Source: Eledone cirrhosa
Lineage: Eukaryota
Reading direction: 5' to 3'
Assembly (NCBI GenBank): GCA_964016885.1
Contig: OZ024757.1
Span: 37,448,001 to 37,512,000, forward strand
DNA: 64,000 nt
A program made the translations under genes and the position numbers. Shown here piece after piece: positions 29,146-43,328 of this stretch. Positions within the stretch are counted from its first letter, which is position 1; every line of letters begins with the position of its first letter. The notes beneath the pieces were generated by a model. It worked only from the letters and a program-made list of their open reading frames with translations, had not been told where the DNA came from and did no database searches.

Positions 29146-29761
29146 ATATTGGGAAGAAGAAAAAAAAATGTACAATTTCCTTAATATTGTTCTCTTCCAT
29201 GATTTGTCTGAGATAATCTCCTATTTAAATGATTTCTTTGTTGAACTGCTAGCCATCTATTGGTTATAACAGTTATCAGGAGAAAACAACTCTAATTAAC
29301 TTATACGGACCCAAATAAATATTCACTAGATTTTCATAAATTTATTTTAGAGAAGAAACTTTATTGTATTTTTTTATTTAATTTTTTGTTTTATTTTATT
29401 TATTTTAATTTTGTTTTGTCTTTTTTCATAATGTTTATTTTTTTGCTTTTTCTTTCTTTCTTCCATCTTATTTTTTTTTCTGGCGATTTATTTCATATAG
29501 TAATAAATACATACGTATGTGTGTATATATGTGGGTGTGTGTGTATGCATCTGTGTGTGTACAGGTGTGTGTATATGTGTAGGTATATGTATGTGTATGT
29601 AAATTTGCGAGTTTGTATGTATGTGTATATATATATATACATATATATTATGTATGTATATATGTGTGTGTTTATGTATGTATATATATGTGTATGTGTA
29701 TATATATATATACATATATATTATGTATGTATATATGTGTGTGTTTATGTATGTATATATA

Positions 29762-29825
<64 letters not shown>

Positions 29826-30399
29826 ATGTGTGTTTATATATGTTTTGCATATGTATATATATATAATGTGTTTATTTGTATATGTATATATGTGTATATT
29901 TACATATGCCTACACACTCACATATATGTATGTATACATATGCATATGTGTATATTTGTATATGTATATATGTGCATATATACATATACACCTACATATA
30001 TATATGTATACATACACACGTGTATATATACATACACACCCACATATATATATGTATACATACACATACATATATATATGTGGGTGTGTATATATATATG
30101 TATACATATGTATATATACATATACACACCCACATATATATCTGTAATAGTGAAGTAGTGTGTCTTATGTTGGTACATATTATACACCAATAAAATATTA
30201 TCTGATACAGAACTCCATTTATAAAATAGTCAAATTATTATATCCCATCATTATGGGTAACTGTTACTTATAAGTTCCACCTTTTCACAGTGTTTACAGT
30301 GTTTTCAGCTCAATGTCAAGTCCTTTTAGGGTCGTTAGTGTTGAAGTTCTTTGTTTGATTGCCATTTTATTCTCTCTTTCTCTCTTTTACACTCTCCCT

Positions 30400-30830
30400 C
30401 TTTCCCTCTCTCTCTTTCTGTCTCTCTCACTCTCTCTCTCTCTCTTTCCGTCTCTCTCACTCTCTCTCTCTCTTTCCGTCACTCTCACTCTCTCTCTTTC
30501 CGTCTCTCTCACTCTTTCCGTCTCTCTCACTCTCTCTCTCTCTTTCCGTCTCTCTCACTCTCTCTCTCTCTTTCCGTCTCTCTCACTCTCTCTCTCTCTT
30601 TCCGTCTCTCTCACTCTCTCTCCCTCTTTCCGTCTCTCTCACTCTATTTCCGTCTCACCCGTCTCTCTCACTCTCTCTCTCTCTTTCCGTCTCTCTCACT
30701 CTCTCTCTCTCATTCCGTCTCTCTCACTCTCTCTCTCTCATTCCGTCTCTCTCACTCTCTCTCTCTCTTTCCGTCTCTCTCGCTCTCTTTCCGTCTCACC
30801 CGTCTCTCTCACTCTCTCTCTCTCTTTCCG

Positions 30831-30863
<33 letters not shown>

Positions 30864-30864
30864 G

Positions 30865-30897
<33 letters not shown>

Positions 30898-31330
30898 ATC
30901 TCTCTCTCTCTCTCTCTCTTTCCGTCTCTCTCTCTCTCTCTCTCTTTCCGTCTCTCTCTTTCCGTCTCTCACTCACTCTCTCTTTCTCTCTCACTCTCTC
31001 TCTTTCCGGCTCTCTCTCTCTCTCTTTCCGTCTCTCTCTCTCTCTCTCTTTCCGTCTCTCTCTCTCTCTCTCTTTCCGTCTCTCTCGCTCTCTCTTTCCG
31101 TCTCTCTCGCTCTCTCTCTTTCCGTCTCTCTTGCTCTCTCTCTCTTTCCGTCTCTCTTGCTCTCTCTCTTTCCGTCTCTCTCGCTCTCTCTCTCTCTCGC
31201 TCTCTTTCTTTCTCTCTCGCTCTCTCTTTTTCCGTCTCTCTCGCTCTCTTTCTCTCTCTCTCTCTTTCCGTCTCTCTTTCTGTCTCTCTCTCTCCATCTC
31301 TCTCGCTCTCTCTTGCTGCCTCTCTCTCTC
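30400..31330. repeat. CT-rich satellite (tttccgtctctctcactctctc)
   Basis: Visible; source of the Ser/Leu ORFs. Confidence 0.9.
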
Positions 31331-32141
31331 TCTTCTCTCTCTACCCTCTCTCCCTCTCATCTCTCCCGCTCTCTGATCTACCCCCCCTCTCTCCATCATC
31401 TCCTACTTCTCTATCTTTACATTGTTTTCCTCCCGTCTTCTCTCTCTCACACAACGATAACAAAAAAAAAAAAAAAAATTTTTTTTCTCTCCTTCTTTTT
31501 GCCATGGCAACTAATCTATTTCTTTTGTTTGTTTCTTCTCTCTCTCTTGACAAGCAATTATTTTTCTTAAAACTTATGTTGTGTCAAATGCGAGTTAGTT
31601 TTTCACCGGAACTTTCATAATTCATATCTTTTTGTTTGACATTTCAGAAATTAAAATAGAATAAAAAAACATTGAACATTTCCTCCACCTCTAACAACAA
31701 CAACAATAACAACACCTACACCTCAAAACCAACACCACCTCCATCACTAAAAACAACAATACCCCATCACTAAAAACAACAATAACACCACCACCTCTAA
31801 AAACAACACCACCTCCATCACTAAAACCACCACCACCACCACTACCACCACCACCTCTAAAAACAACACCACCTCCATCACTAAAAGCAACAACAACACC
31901 GCCACCTCTAAAAACAACAACAACACCTCCACCACAAAAACAACACCACCACCACTACCTGAAAAAACAACAACAACACCACCAATACCAATGTTTTACA
32001 ACCACACAAGTTTTGTGTGTTCACTCCTTCATGGTACCTTATACTCTCATGGAACGACCAAATGAGGTTTATTTTTCAACATAGTCTCTGGAAAGAAACA
32101 ATGCAGTTATTAATAAGAAGAGTTGAAATTAAATCAATCCT

Positions 32142-32740
32142 TTAACATTTACATTACTCTATATTTACTATTGTATTTTCACGGTAAAGGCTTTATCTCA
32201 CATAGCATTTACATTACTCTATATTTACTATTGTATTTTCACGGTAAAGGCTTTATCTCACATAACATTTACATTACTCTATATTTACTATTGTATTTTC
32301 ACGGTAAAGGCTTTATCTCACATAACATTTACATTACTCTATATTTACTATTGTATTTTCACGGTAAAGGCTTTATCTCACATAACATTTACATTACTCT
32401 ATATTTACTATTGTATTTTCACGGTAAAGGCTTTATCTCACATAGCATTTACATTACTCTATATTTACTATTGTATTTTCACGGTAAAGGCTTTATCTCA
32501 CATAGCATTTACATTACTCTATATTTACTATTGTATTTTCACGGTAAAGGCTTTATCTCACATAGCATTTACATTACTCTATATTTACTATTGTATTTTC
32601 ACGGTAAAGGCTTTATCTCACATAGCATTTACATTACTCTATATTTACTATTGTATTTTCACGGTAAAGGCTTTATCTCACATAATTGTCTCACATAATA
32701 TCGAATCTATGAGATTTTGATATTATTTATTTTGAGAATA
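32142..32740 (+). repeat. MITE-derived 60-bp tandem array (9 copies)
   Basis: Unit catttacattactctatatttactattgtattttcacggtaaaggctttatctcacatag equals the MITE left end. Confidence 0.9.
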
Positions 32741-33278
32741 AGGGCGGTGGTTTGGCAGTATTGGTAGAGGGTCGGACGGCATGCTTTGCAGCATAGGAGT
32801 TATAGCCCTTTACGTTCTGTGTTCAAATCCCGCTGAGGTTAACTTTGCCTTTCATCCTTATGGTGGTCAATAAAATAAAGTACCAGTAATGCACTGGGGT
32901 AATTGCTGGCCTTGTGCCTAAAGTAGAAACAAGGTTGAAAGGCAACGCTAACCGTGGCAGGATTTGAACTTAGAACATAAAGAGTCGTAACTCGATGTCA
33001 ATTTAATAATGATGAGGATTATGATGATAGAAATATTTATGATGATGATGATGATGATAATAATAAAAGTGATAATAATAATAATAATTGTTTCTACTTT
33101 TGGCACAAGGCCAGCAATTACCCCAGTACATTACTGGTACTTTATTTTATCGACCCCGTAAGGATGAAAGGCAAAGTTAACCTCGGCGGGATTTGAACTC
33201 AGAATGGCAAGGGCCGTAACTTTATGCGTCAAAGCATGGCGTGTGACCTTCTACCGATACTGCCAATCCACCGCCCTT
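32741..33278. mobile_element. Inverted pair of tRNA-SINEs (32741-32932 +, 33085-33278 -)
   Basis: Both copies full length, tail to tail. Confidence 0.85.
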
Positions 33279-33813
33279 TAATAATAATAATAATAATAAT
33301 AATAATAGTAATATTTATGGATAGTAATGATGGTGATGATGATTGTTAAATGCAATGATCAAAGCAATATAAATGGCAACAGTAGAAGATATCTTCAACT
33401 AAGTTCCATTGATGTATTTTACACCTAAAATAAATAAAAAAAATTAAAAACCAAAGGAATTTTAAATACAACATTAAAATTAATAACACCACCACCACAA
33501 CACCACCACCAGCATCAACTCATATGTATGTATATAGTATATATTTATATATATATGCGCATCTTTATTTGTATATATATATATATATGTATGTGTGTGT
33601 ACATATGTATGAGTGTATATACATACATATATATATATATGTATGTATGTATATGTAGGAAAAGAGTCAGGACTCCGACGGTTGAGCTCCGGCCGTTTCG
33701 ACAGCTAGATCCAAACTAACCCTGACTCTTTTCCTATTACCCACTCTACTACCCTAAGTATTGAGTACTCTGGTGCGTTATGGTCCACCTGGTTCTTTAC
33801 CACACTTTCTTTG

Positions 33814-33861
<48 letters not shown>

Positions 33862-34109
33862 GAATTAAAAGGGACAAGATGCGGTGTGGTTACTAATAAA
33901 GAGTGTTTAGAAATGTAAGGGAAACACAAACATGAGACAAGTCCCCTCTTCAGTTGTCTGCCATGCGTTGAAACATCAGAGGCCCACAGCAGACAATTGA
34001 AGAGGGGAATTGTCTTATTTTTGTGTTTCCCTACATTTCTAAACACTATATATATATATATATATATATATAATTATGAAGACCAAAATGTGAAGAGGGC
34101 TTGAAAAGG

Positions 34110-34157
<48 letters not shown>

Positions 34158-34483
34158 TATGTATATGAGGAAAATGATTTTAGAATAAGGATTTGAAAAG
34201 AGCACTTGGTATATATAGAAAGGAACTTTATAACATGTACAAAAATTGATGCTAAAAATTGATGTTCAGCAAAGCCTGCTTTGTCTGTACTGGATTATCA
34301 AAACATTTGTTATTAGGTTAAATAGCTTTTTCTTGTTAAAACTCCTGCATGTTGATTCTCGAACACATTGGTTTGGGTTGCTTATGCCCTTGCTAAAGTA
34401 AGGGTTGTGTCCCTTTCTGTAGCATTCTCCTTATATAACGGGATCTATATAGAACATTTTCTAACGTCCATACTTTCTTTTAC

Positions 34484-34514
<31 letters not shown>

Positions 34515-34994
34515 ATATGTATATATTTGTATATTGTTGAATAAATAAAATAAAAGAAACACAGGGATGTAAAAATACAGTCTTATTAGGTTCACGCTTA
34601 GTATATATGTATGTGTATGTGTGTGTGTGTATCATCATCGTTTAACGTCCATCTTCCACGCTTGCATTGGTTTGGACGGGAATTTTCCCACTTGAGGCAA
34701 GATTGGTTGTCTTGCTCGCATAGGACTGTCTGGCGGGTTTTCTACGGCTGGATGCCCTTCCTAACACCAACCACGTTTACAGTATGGACTGGGAGATTTT
34801 TACCGTGTTACCTACACGGCCACATTACAGTGTGGACTGTGTGTTTTTTTGTCGTGACACCTACACGACCTCATTTATTTCGGACTGGATGTTGTGGTAC
34901 CAACATAACTTTACATCGAAAGGGGTGGTGTGGATGGGGTGGGAGTAGTGGGATGGGGGTGTATTTTTGTTAAGAGGTGCCTACTGACTGTAGG

Positions 34995-35362
34995 TTTCGC
35001 TTTGTACTTAGGCAAGGCGGGTCCTCTGTATTACTGTGTAGCCCCAAAGATCTCGATCCAGTGACATTGTCTTGGAGAGGTGTAAGTGTGTGAGGTTGGA
35101 ATTTATCAAGTCGTCCCAGGTTTTTCTGGGTCTGCCTAGTCCATGGCTACCATCTATTTTTATCGCCCTGCACTTTTTATACAGCTGTCGTCTTTCATGC
35201 GCATCACGTGACCGTACCAACGTAGTCTTCTCTCGAATAAACAACATCTGATCCCTCTTATTCCTAATTTCTACGTTAGTTCATTTATGCTTTGCCGTTC
35301 ACGTATATTACTATTACACATCCAACGGAGCATGCAAGCTTCGTTGCTCTCCAGTCTGCATG
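34995..35362 (-). mobile_element. RTE-clade LINE 3' fragment (second family)
   Basis: Minus translations LESNEACMLRWMCNSNIRER and GRPRKTWDDLINSNL...DRDLW. Confidence 0.75.
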
Positions 35363-35556
35363 TAGACATGTATGTGGTATATATATTCATATATATACAT
35401 ATATGTGAGTGTGTGGAGACATTACATATAGATGTGTTTCTATGCATATACATACACACACACACATATATATGTGTGTGTAGACATAGACATTACATAT
35501 ATATTTGTGTTTCTATATATGAACATATGTACATACACGTACCTACCCGTACATAC

Positions 35557-35593
<37 letters not shown>

Positions 35594-36089
35594 AGAATAT
35601 CAAAGATAACAACAACAACAGTAATATCTGCTCCACACCCCCACATCACCCCCACCCATTCCAAACTTGGCCATAGTTTAGAAAAACTAAGGCCATTCCT
35701 TATTTTAGTTCCAGTCTGGAACTTTCTACCAATCCCTCCGACTAAAACAGTAACATTACTTACTTTGAAGCTACAATTAAACCTCCTCCTCTCTCTCTCT
35801 CTCATCTTTTCTTTCTCTCTATCTCTCATCCTCCATTTCTTCCTTTGTCTATTTTGATATTATTATCAAGTTGAAATAGGATAAAAAATGTGTGTGTATG
35901 TGTAATTGATATGGTATGTGTGTGAGTATTACCACATTTATTATATTTAATGTGGCTGTTTCTATCTCTTCGTGTTTGTGTTCAAGGAGGATATCTGAAA
36001 TATTCATGGAATCCTCTCTGGTCAGTTTCTGTGATAGTTAGGGTAAAAATCTCCTCTCAGCCACTAATGACCGTTCTGGGATTTGACCA

Positions 36090-37730
36090 TGCTCTACCTG
36101 GAGTGCCTTGCTGATCTCCGAGATATAAATCTGTGCAGCGATCCTTTCCTGAGACATTCTAACCACATACCTATAGTATCAGAGCTGTGATATCTCAATT
36201 CCGAGAAATAGTAGCTCTACCTGGAGTGACTCTCTGATCTCCAAGCTACACATTCTTTCCTGAGACATACTAACCACATACCTATAGTATCAGAGCTGTG
36301 ATATCTCAATTCCGAGAAATAGTAGCTCTACCTGGAGTGACTTTCTGATCTCCAAGCTACACATTCTTTCCTGAGACATACTAACCACATACCTATAGTA
36401 TCAGAGCTGTGATATCTCAATTCCGAGAAATAGTAGCTCTACCTGGAGTGACTTTCTGATCTCCAAGCTACACATTCTTTCCTGAGACATTCTAACCACA
36501 TACCTATAGTATCAGAGCTGTGATATCTCAATTCCGAGAAATAATAGCTCTACCTGGAGTGACTCTCTGATCTCCAAGCTACACATTCTTTCCTGAGACA
36601 TACTAACCACATACCTATAGTATCAGAGCTGTGATATCTCAATTCCGAGAAATAGTAGCTCTACCTGGAGTGACTTTCTGATCTCCAAGCTACACATTCT
36701 TTCCTGAGACATACTAACCACATACCTATAGTATCAGAGCTGTGATATCTCAATTCCGAGAAATAGTAGCTCTACCTGGAGTGACTTTCTGATCTCCAAG
36801 CTACACATTCTTTCCTGAGACATTCTAACCACATACCTATAGTATCAGAGCTGTGATATCTCAATTCCGAGAAATAGTAGCTCTACCTGGAGTGACTCTC
36901 TGATCTCCAAGCTACACATTCTTTCCTGAGACATACTAACCACATACCTATAGTATCAGAGCTGTGATATCTCAATTCCGAGAAATAGTAGCTCTACCTG
37001 GAGTGACTTTCTGATCTCCAAGCTACACATTCTTTCCTGAGACATTCTAACCACATACCTATAGTATCAGAGCTGTGATATCTCAATTCCGAGAAATAAT
37101 AGCTCTACCTGGAGTGACTCTCTGATCTCCAAGCTACACATTCTTTCCTGAGACATTCTAACCACATACCTATAGTATCAGAGCTGTGATATCTCAATTC
37201 CGAGAAATAGTAGCTCTACCTGGAGTGACTCTCTGATCTCCAAGCTACACATTCTTTCCTGAGACATACTAACCACATACCTATAGTATCAGAGCTGTGA
37301 TATCTCAATTCCGAGAAATAGTAGCTCTACCTGGAGTGACTTTCTGATCTCCAAGCTACACATTCTTTCCTGAGACATTCTAACCACATACCTATAGTAT
37401 CAGAGCTGTGATATCTCAATTCCGAGAAATAGTAGCTCTACCTGGAGTGACTCTCTGATCTCCAAGCTACACATTCTTTCCTGAGACATACTAACCACAT
37501 ACCTATAGTATCAGAGCTGTGATATCTCAATTCCGAGAAATAGTAGCTCTACCTGGAGTGACTTTCTGATCTCCAAGCTACACATTCTTTCCTGAGACAT
37601 ACTAACCACATACCTATAGTATCAGAGCTGTGATATCTCAATTCCGAGAAATAGTAGCTCTACCTGGAGTGACTCTCTGATCTCCAAGCTACACATTCTT
37701 TCCTGAGACATTCTAACCACATGCCTATAG
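36090..37730 (-). repeat. RTE-derived 111-bp tandem array (about 14-15 copies)
   Basis: 111-bp period from 36171 to 37725; the unit translates on the minus strand to an RTE ORF segment. Confidence 0.9.
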
Positions 37731-38897
37731 TAAATTACTCAAAATTACTAATTAATTAAAATAGAGTGTATTTCGTTAATAACATGGTCACGAAAGGGTT
37801 AAAATGTTTAAAAACACCATACATTGAATAAGGAACTCAATACAACTGTAGAGTGTAATATTTATTAAAAGTTGCTATAATTTTCATGTTATTGACTTAA
37901 AAAAGTTTGCTGTATCTGTAGCTTTTTCAAATTGTGTGTTTATATATATATATATATGTGTGTGTGTGTCTGTGTGTATATATATGTACAAACACACACA
38001 CACATATATATACACATACATGCATATATGAATTCATACTAATTGGTGTTTCTGTGTTATTGTTTTTGTTATTTCTCACACACTGGTTTACTGCATGTAC
38101 ATGTGTATGTGTATGTATGTAAGTGACTTTATTTGTATATATATATATACATATGTATATATATGTATTTGAAAAAATGGGGAATAATTTATCTTATTGT
38201 ACCATGGAATTCCCTTTATTTTTTACAACTACTATATGTATGTATATGTCTGTATGTATATATATATATATATATGTGTGTTTGTATTTGGATATGTATG
38301 TGTATATATACACACAAACACATATATAAATACATACATACCTTATGAATTATTAATGTGCTGGGAGTGTTTGAAATTTCAGAATATGAGACTCCTAAAT
38401 GCAGAAAATAACTATAATAAATAGTTCAGTATAGATAATAGTTGAGAACATCTTAGAGATGGAAAAAAAATGGAAAAAATGTTGTGCCTCTGTCTATTTT
38501 TTTTCTATTTTTAATCCTTTATCATTTACATTACTCTATATTTATTATTATAAGCAGCAAGTTCACGGAGTTAGAATGTCAGATACAAAGCTGTGTGGTA
38601 TTTGGTCCGTCTCTCTGCTCTCTCAGTTCAAATCTCGCCGAGGTGGACTTTACCTTTCATCCTTTCGAGGTCAATAATAAAAATACCAGTCTAGTACTGG
38701 GGTCGATTCTTCCTCTATATCTCTTTCTCATTTCCTCTCTCTCTCTCACTGAAATCTACTGTACTTAGGCCTGGAGGGGGACGGGCTCTGCCAGGTTTTA
38801 AAAAATGCCCTAGAAACACTGTATGTGAATATGGCACCCCTATGGTTCCTTAGGAGTTACAGGTCCACACCACACCACACCACACCATACCATACCA

Positions 38898-39262
38898 TAT
38901 TTACTATTATATTTTCATGATAAAGGCTTTACCTCACAGTTATCTCACATAATATCAACTCTATGAGATTTTGATATTTATTTTATAATATCTTAACATA
39001 AGTATGAGTGGCCAGTTACAGCTGGTTTGAATAGAAAGAATTGAGAGAATTCTGGCCTGATTTAGCTGGTTTAACCCTTTAGCATTTACATTACTCTATA
39101 TATACTATTGTATTTTCGTGGTAAAGGCTTTATCTCACATAATATCGAATCTATGAGATTTTAATGTAATTTATTTGGAGAACAATACCTTAATATCAGT
39201 ATGAGTGGCCAGTTACAGCTGGTTTGGACAGAAAGAGGTGAAAGAATTCTGGCTGGATAAGG
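38898..39262 (+). mobile_element. Two tandem TTAA MITE copies
   Basis: MITE body twice; ttaaccctttagcatttac near 39071. Confidence 0.75.
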
Positions 39263-39430
39263 TTTAAAGATAATTTACCCAATTCTCTTAGCTATTATCT
39301 ATAGTGAGTGACTGTTGTTATGACTATTTTCTACATTTGGGACTCTCAATTTTCATGTTTTTGTTCATGTATGTTATTTGTATTTTACATTACTCTTCAT
39401 GTCTTTTACTGCATGTAGGAACATTATGAA

Positions 39431-39890
39431 GACATTCTTGAAAAGTACAAAACAACACTATGACTGTATCACATTAACTCTTAATGTCCTGTACCTCATC
39501 AAACCACATTAGTAAGATATTCTTGAAAAGTACAAAACAACACTATGACCGTATCACATTAACTCTTAATGTCCTGTACCTCATCAAACCACATTAGTAA
39601 GACATTCTTGAAAAGTACAAAACAACACTATGACTGTATTACATTAACTCTTAATGTCCTGTACCTCATCAAACCACATTAGTAAGACATTCTTGAAAAG
39701 TACAAAACAACACTATGACTGTATCACATTAACTCTTAATGTCCTGTACCTCATCAAACCACATTAGTAAGACATTCTTGTAAAATACAAAACAACACTA
39801 TGACCGTATCACATTAACTCTTAATGTCCTGTACCTCATCAAACCACATTAGTAAGACATTCTTGAAACGTACAAAACAGCACTGTGATT
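39431..39890. repeat. 85-bp tandem repeat (about 5.4 copies)
   Basis: ga(c/t)attcttg recurs at 39431, 39516, 39601, 39686, 39771 and 39856. Confidence 0.9.
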
Positions 39891-39906
39891 GCATTATATT
39901 GCAAAT

Positions 39907-40100
39907 AGGGCGGTGGAATGGCAGTATCGGTAGAGGGTCGGATGCCATGCTTTGCAGCAAAGAGTTACGGCCCTTTATGGTCTGTTGTTCAAATCCCGCC
40001 TAGGTTAACTTTGCCTTTCATCCTTACGGGGTCGATAAAATAAAGTACCAGTAATGTACTGGGATAATTGCTGGCCTTGTGCCAAAAGAAGAAACAATTA
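39907..40100 (+). mobile_element. tRNA-SINE (Meta-like core)
   Basis: Full head, core and tail. Confidence 0.85.
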
Positions 40101-40255
40101 TATTGCATACAAATTCAAGTCTTCAGCTTATTGCAAACTTTCACTACAAATATTTGATTTAAGAAAGCTGTTTTTAGATATTTTCTGTGAAATTGTTACA
40201 GGATGTTAAGAGTTAAATCTGTATGTGTTTGAAGCTAGTGCTTGATTGTAGGCAT

Positions 40256-40271
40256 TGCATGTATAACTAAC
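40256..40271 (+). promoter_or_regulatory. RBFOX motif TGCATG plus ACTAAC (branch point or QKI motif) upstream of the candidate cassette exon
   Basis: TGCATG at 40256-40261 and ACTAAC at 40266-40271, about 50 nt before the acceptor AG at 40312-40313. Confidence 0.55.
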
Positions 40272-40313
40272 ACAGCTTCCATTCCTTTTGTGTTTGTTGT
40301 TATGTTTGAACAG

Positions 40314-40418
40314 TCCTAGGCCATCGGAGGTCTGGTTCCTATGGAAACAGCACACCTAGTCGGAACAACTATGACACACTCTTCAGAAGCACAAGCGTTA
40401 ATGTTTTACCTTTCACAG
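40314..40418 (+). CDS. MAP3K7: TAK1-like symmetric exon (VLGHRRSGSYGNSTPSRNNYDTLFRSTSVNVLPFT), candidate cassette exon
   Basis: Acceptor tgtttgaacag, donor gtgaga; 105 nt, phase 1-1, open; GHRRSGSYGN resembles GHRKTASFGN of human TAK1 exon 12. Confidence 0.8.
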
Positions 40419-40512
40419 GTGAGAGAACCATTAAAATATACCATGTTTTTAGTTCATTCATAATTCATATTTGAATATGTGAGTGTTGTGTGTTGTGTAT
40501 GTGTGTGTGTGT

Positions 40513-40556
<44 letters not shown>

Positions 40557-40560
40557 TATA

Positions 40561-40610
<50 letters not shown>

Positions 40611-40614
40611 TATA

Positions 40615-41478
<864 letters not shown>

Positions 41479-41937
41479 CTAAAAACAACAACAGCAACAA
41501 CAAACATCCATGTTTTCTAAATATTGTTATGTTTGAAGCATGTTTAAAATATATATTCAGTAGTCTGGATCATGGGTTGAGGAAGGATGAAAGTGACTGG
41601 GTGAGAGGAGTGATGGGAATAGAACTAATGATGAATGTTATGAAGATAACTAGAATGAGATGGTTGGGAGATTTGGTGGAGGTGTGTGGAAAAAAATCTG
41701 AAAAATTGCTAAGAGTAATGTCCGTTTTGCATTGCTGCAGTTCTCTAAAAACAACAACAGCAATAACAACAACAAACATCCTGTTTTCTAAATATTGCAA
41801 TGTTTTAAGCATGTTTAACTTATATATTCTGTAGCCTAGCATCTTAACATCACAACCCTTGTGATTCTTGTTGTTTCGGTTATTGAAATTATATTGCACT
41901 TGTTTGTCAATTGAGTATTCCGCAAGTATTTGTACTC

Positions 41938-42520
41938 TTAACCCTTTAGCATTTAAACCGGCCGTATCTTTCTGCCCAAACTGGCTATAACTGCCTAAAG
42001 TTCTCTCACCTCTTTCTGTTCAAACTGGCTGTAGCTGGCCAGAATTCTCTCACTTCTCTATGTTCAAACTGGCTGTAGCTGGCCAGAATTCTCTCACTTC
42101 TTTATGTTCAAACTGGCTGTAGCTAGCCAGAATACTCTCACCTCTTTCTGTTCAAACCAGTCATAACTGGTTGCTCATACTTATGTTAAGGTATTGTTCT
42201 CAAAATAAATAATATTAAAATATGATAGATTCAATAATATGTGAGGTAAAGCCTTTACTGTGAAAATACAATAGTATATATCGAGTAATGTGAATGTTAT
42301 GTGAGATATTATGTGAGATAAAGCCTTTACTGTGAAAATACAGTAGTAAATATAGTAATGTAAATGTTATGAGAGATATCATGAGGTAAAGCCTTTACTG
42401 TGAAAATACAATAGTATATATAGAGTAATGTAAATGTTGTGTGAGATATTATGTGAGGTAAAGCCCTTACTGTGAAAATACAATAGTATATATAGAGTAT
42501 TGTAAATGCGAAAGGGTTAA
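41938..42520 (-). mobile_element. TTAA MITE with internal tandem duplications
   Basis: ttaaccctttagcattt ... aaagggttaa termini. Confidence 0.8.
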
Positions 42521-43019
42521 ACTAATTGATATGTCTTGATGACTAAAAGTGCATAGAAGCAGTTGTGTAGTATGTCTTTTGTGAGAAATGAACTGATACT
42601 CTCTCTTTACCCTATATAACACTGTGATCGGCGTGAGGGTGAAACTAGGGGTGGAATGCTGCACGGGGTCCTATCTCTCTGGCACGTGAGCAAATTTGAG
42701 TACAGCAGCCATGTTATGTTCTTGAGAAAAGTTCCAAAAGTAGTCTAACTTCATTTACCTGGCACTAGAACCAATATAGGCATGTTGTATTTACAAGCAA
42801 GGTACCAGAGATTTACCTGGCACTAAGGCATGCTATATTTATGAGCAAGGTCCCAGAAATACTTTACTTTCATTAATCTGTCACAAGAGCAAATATAAGT
42901 ACAGCAGGCATGCCTTCTCCCTGTACAGGATACTTTGTCTTTTATTCTTTCAGGTTAATAAATAAAAATACCAGTCCAGGGTCAAGGGCAGTTAACTCAT
43001 GTACCAAACACCAATGTAA

Positions 43020-43212
43020 TAATTGTTTTTACTTTTGGCACAAGGCCAGCAATTACCTCAGTGCATTACTGGTACTTTATTTTATCGATCCCGTAAGGAT
43101 GAAAGGCAAAGTTAACCTCGGTGGGATTTGAACTCAGACCGTAAAGGGCCGTAACTCTATGCTGTAAAGAATGGCGTCCAACCTTCTACTGATACTGCCA
43201 ATCCACCGCCCT
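43020..43212 (-). mobile_element. tRNA-SINE (Meta-like core)
   Basis: Reverse complement of the 39907-40100 family. Confidence 0.85.
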
Positions 43213-43328
43213 AGTAATAATGCAAAAGCTATAGTTCCAGAGTCTTGATTATTTTTCATTAGAAACTATGGTAACGAAAGGATTGCTTTGTTCTATTTTT
43301 TTTTCTTTTTTCTTATTTTTTCTTTTAG

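Noticed and set aside
31498-31511. RFX X-box-like tttgccatggcaac
   Set aside because: Single imperfect motif deep in an intron, with no supporting promoter context.
30313-31620. 435-aa Ser/Leu ORF
   Set aside because: CT-rich satellite.
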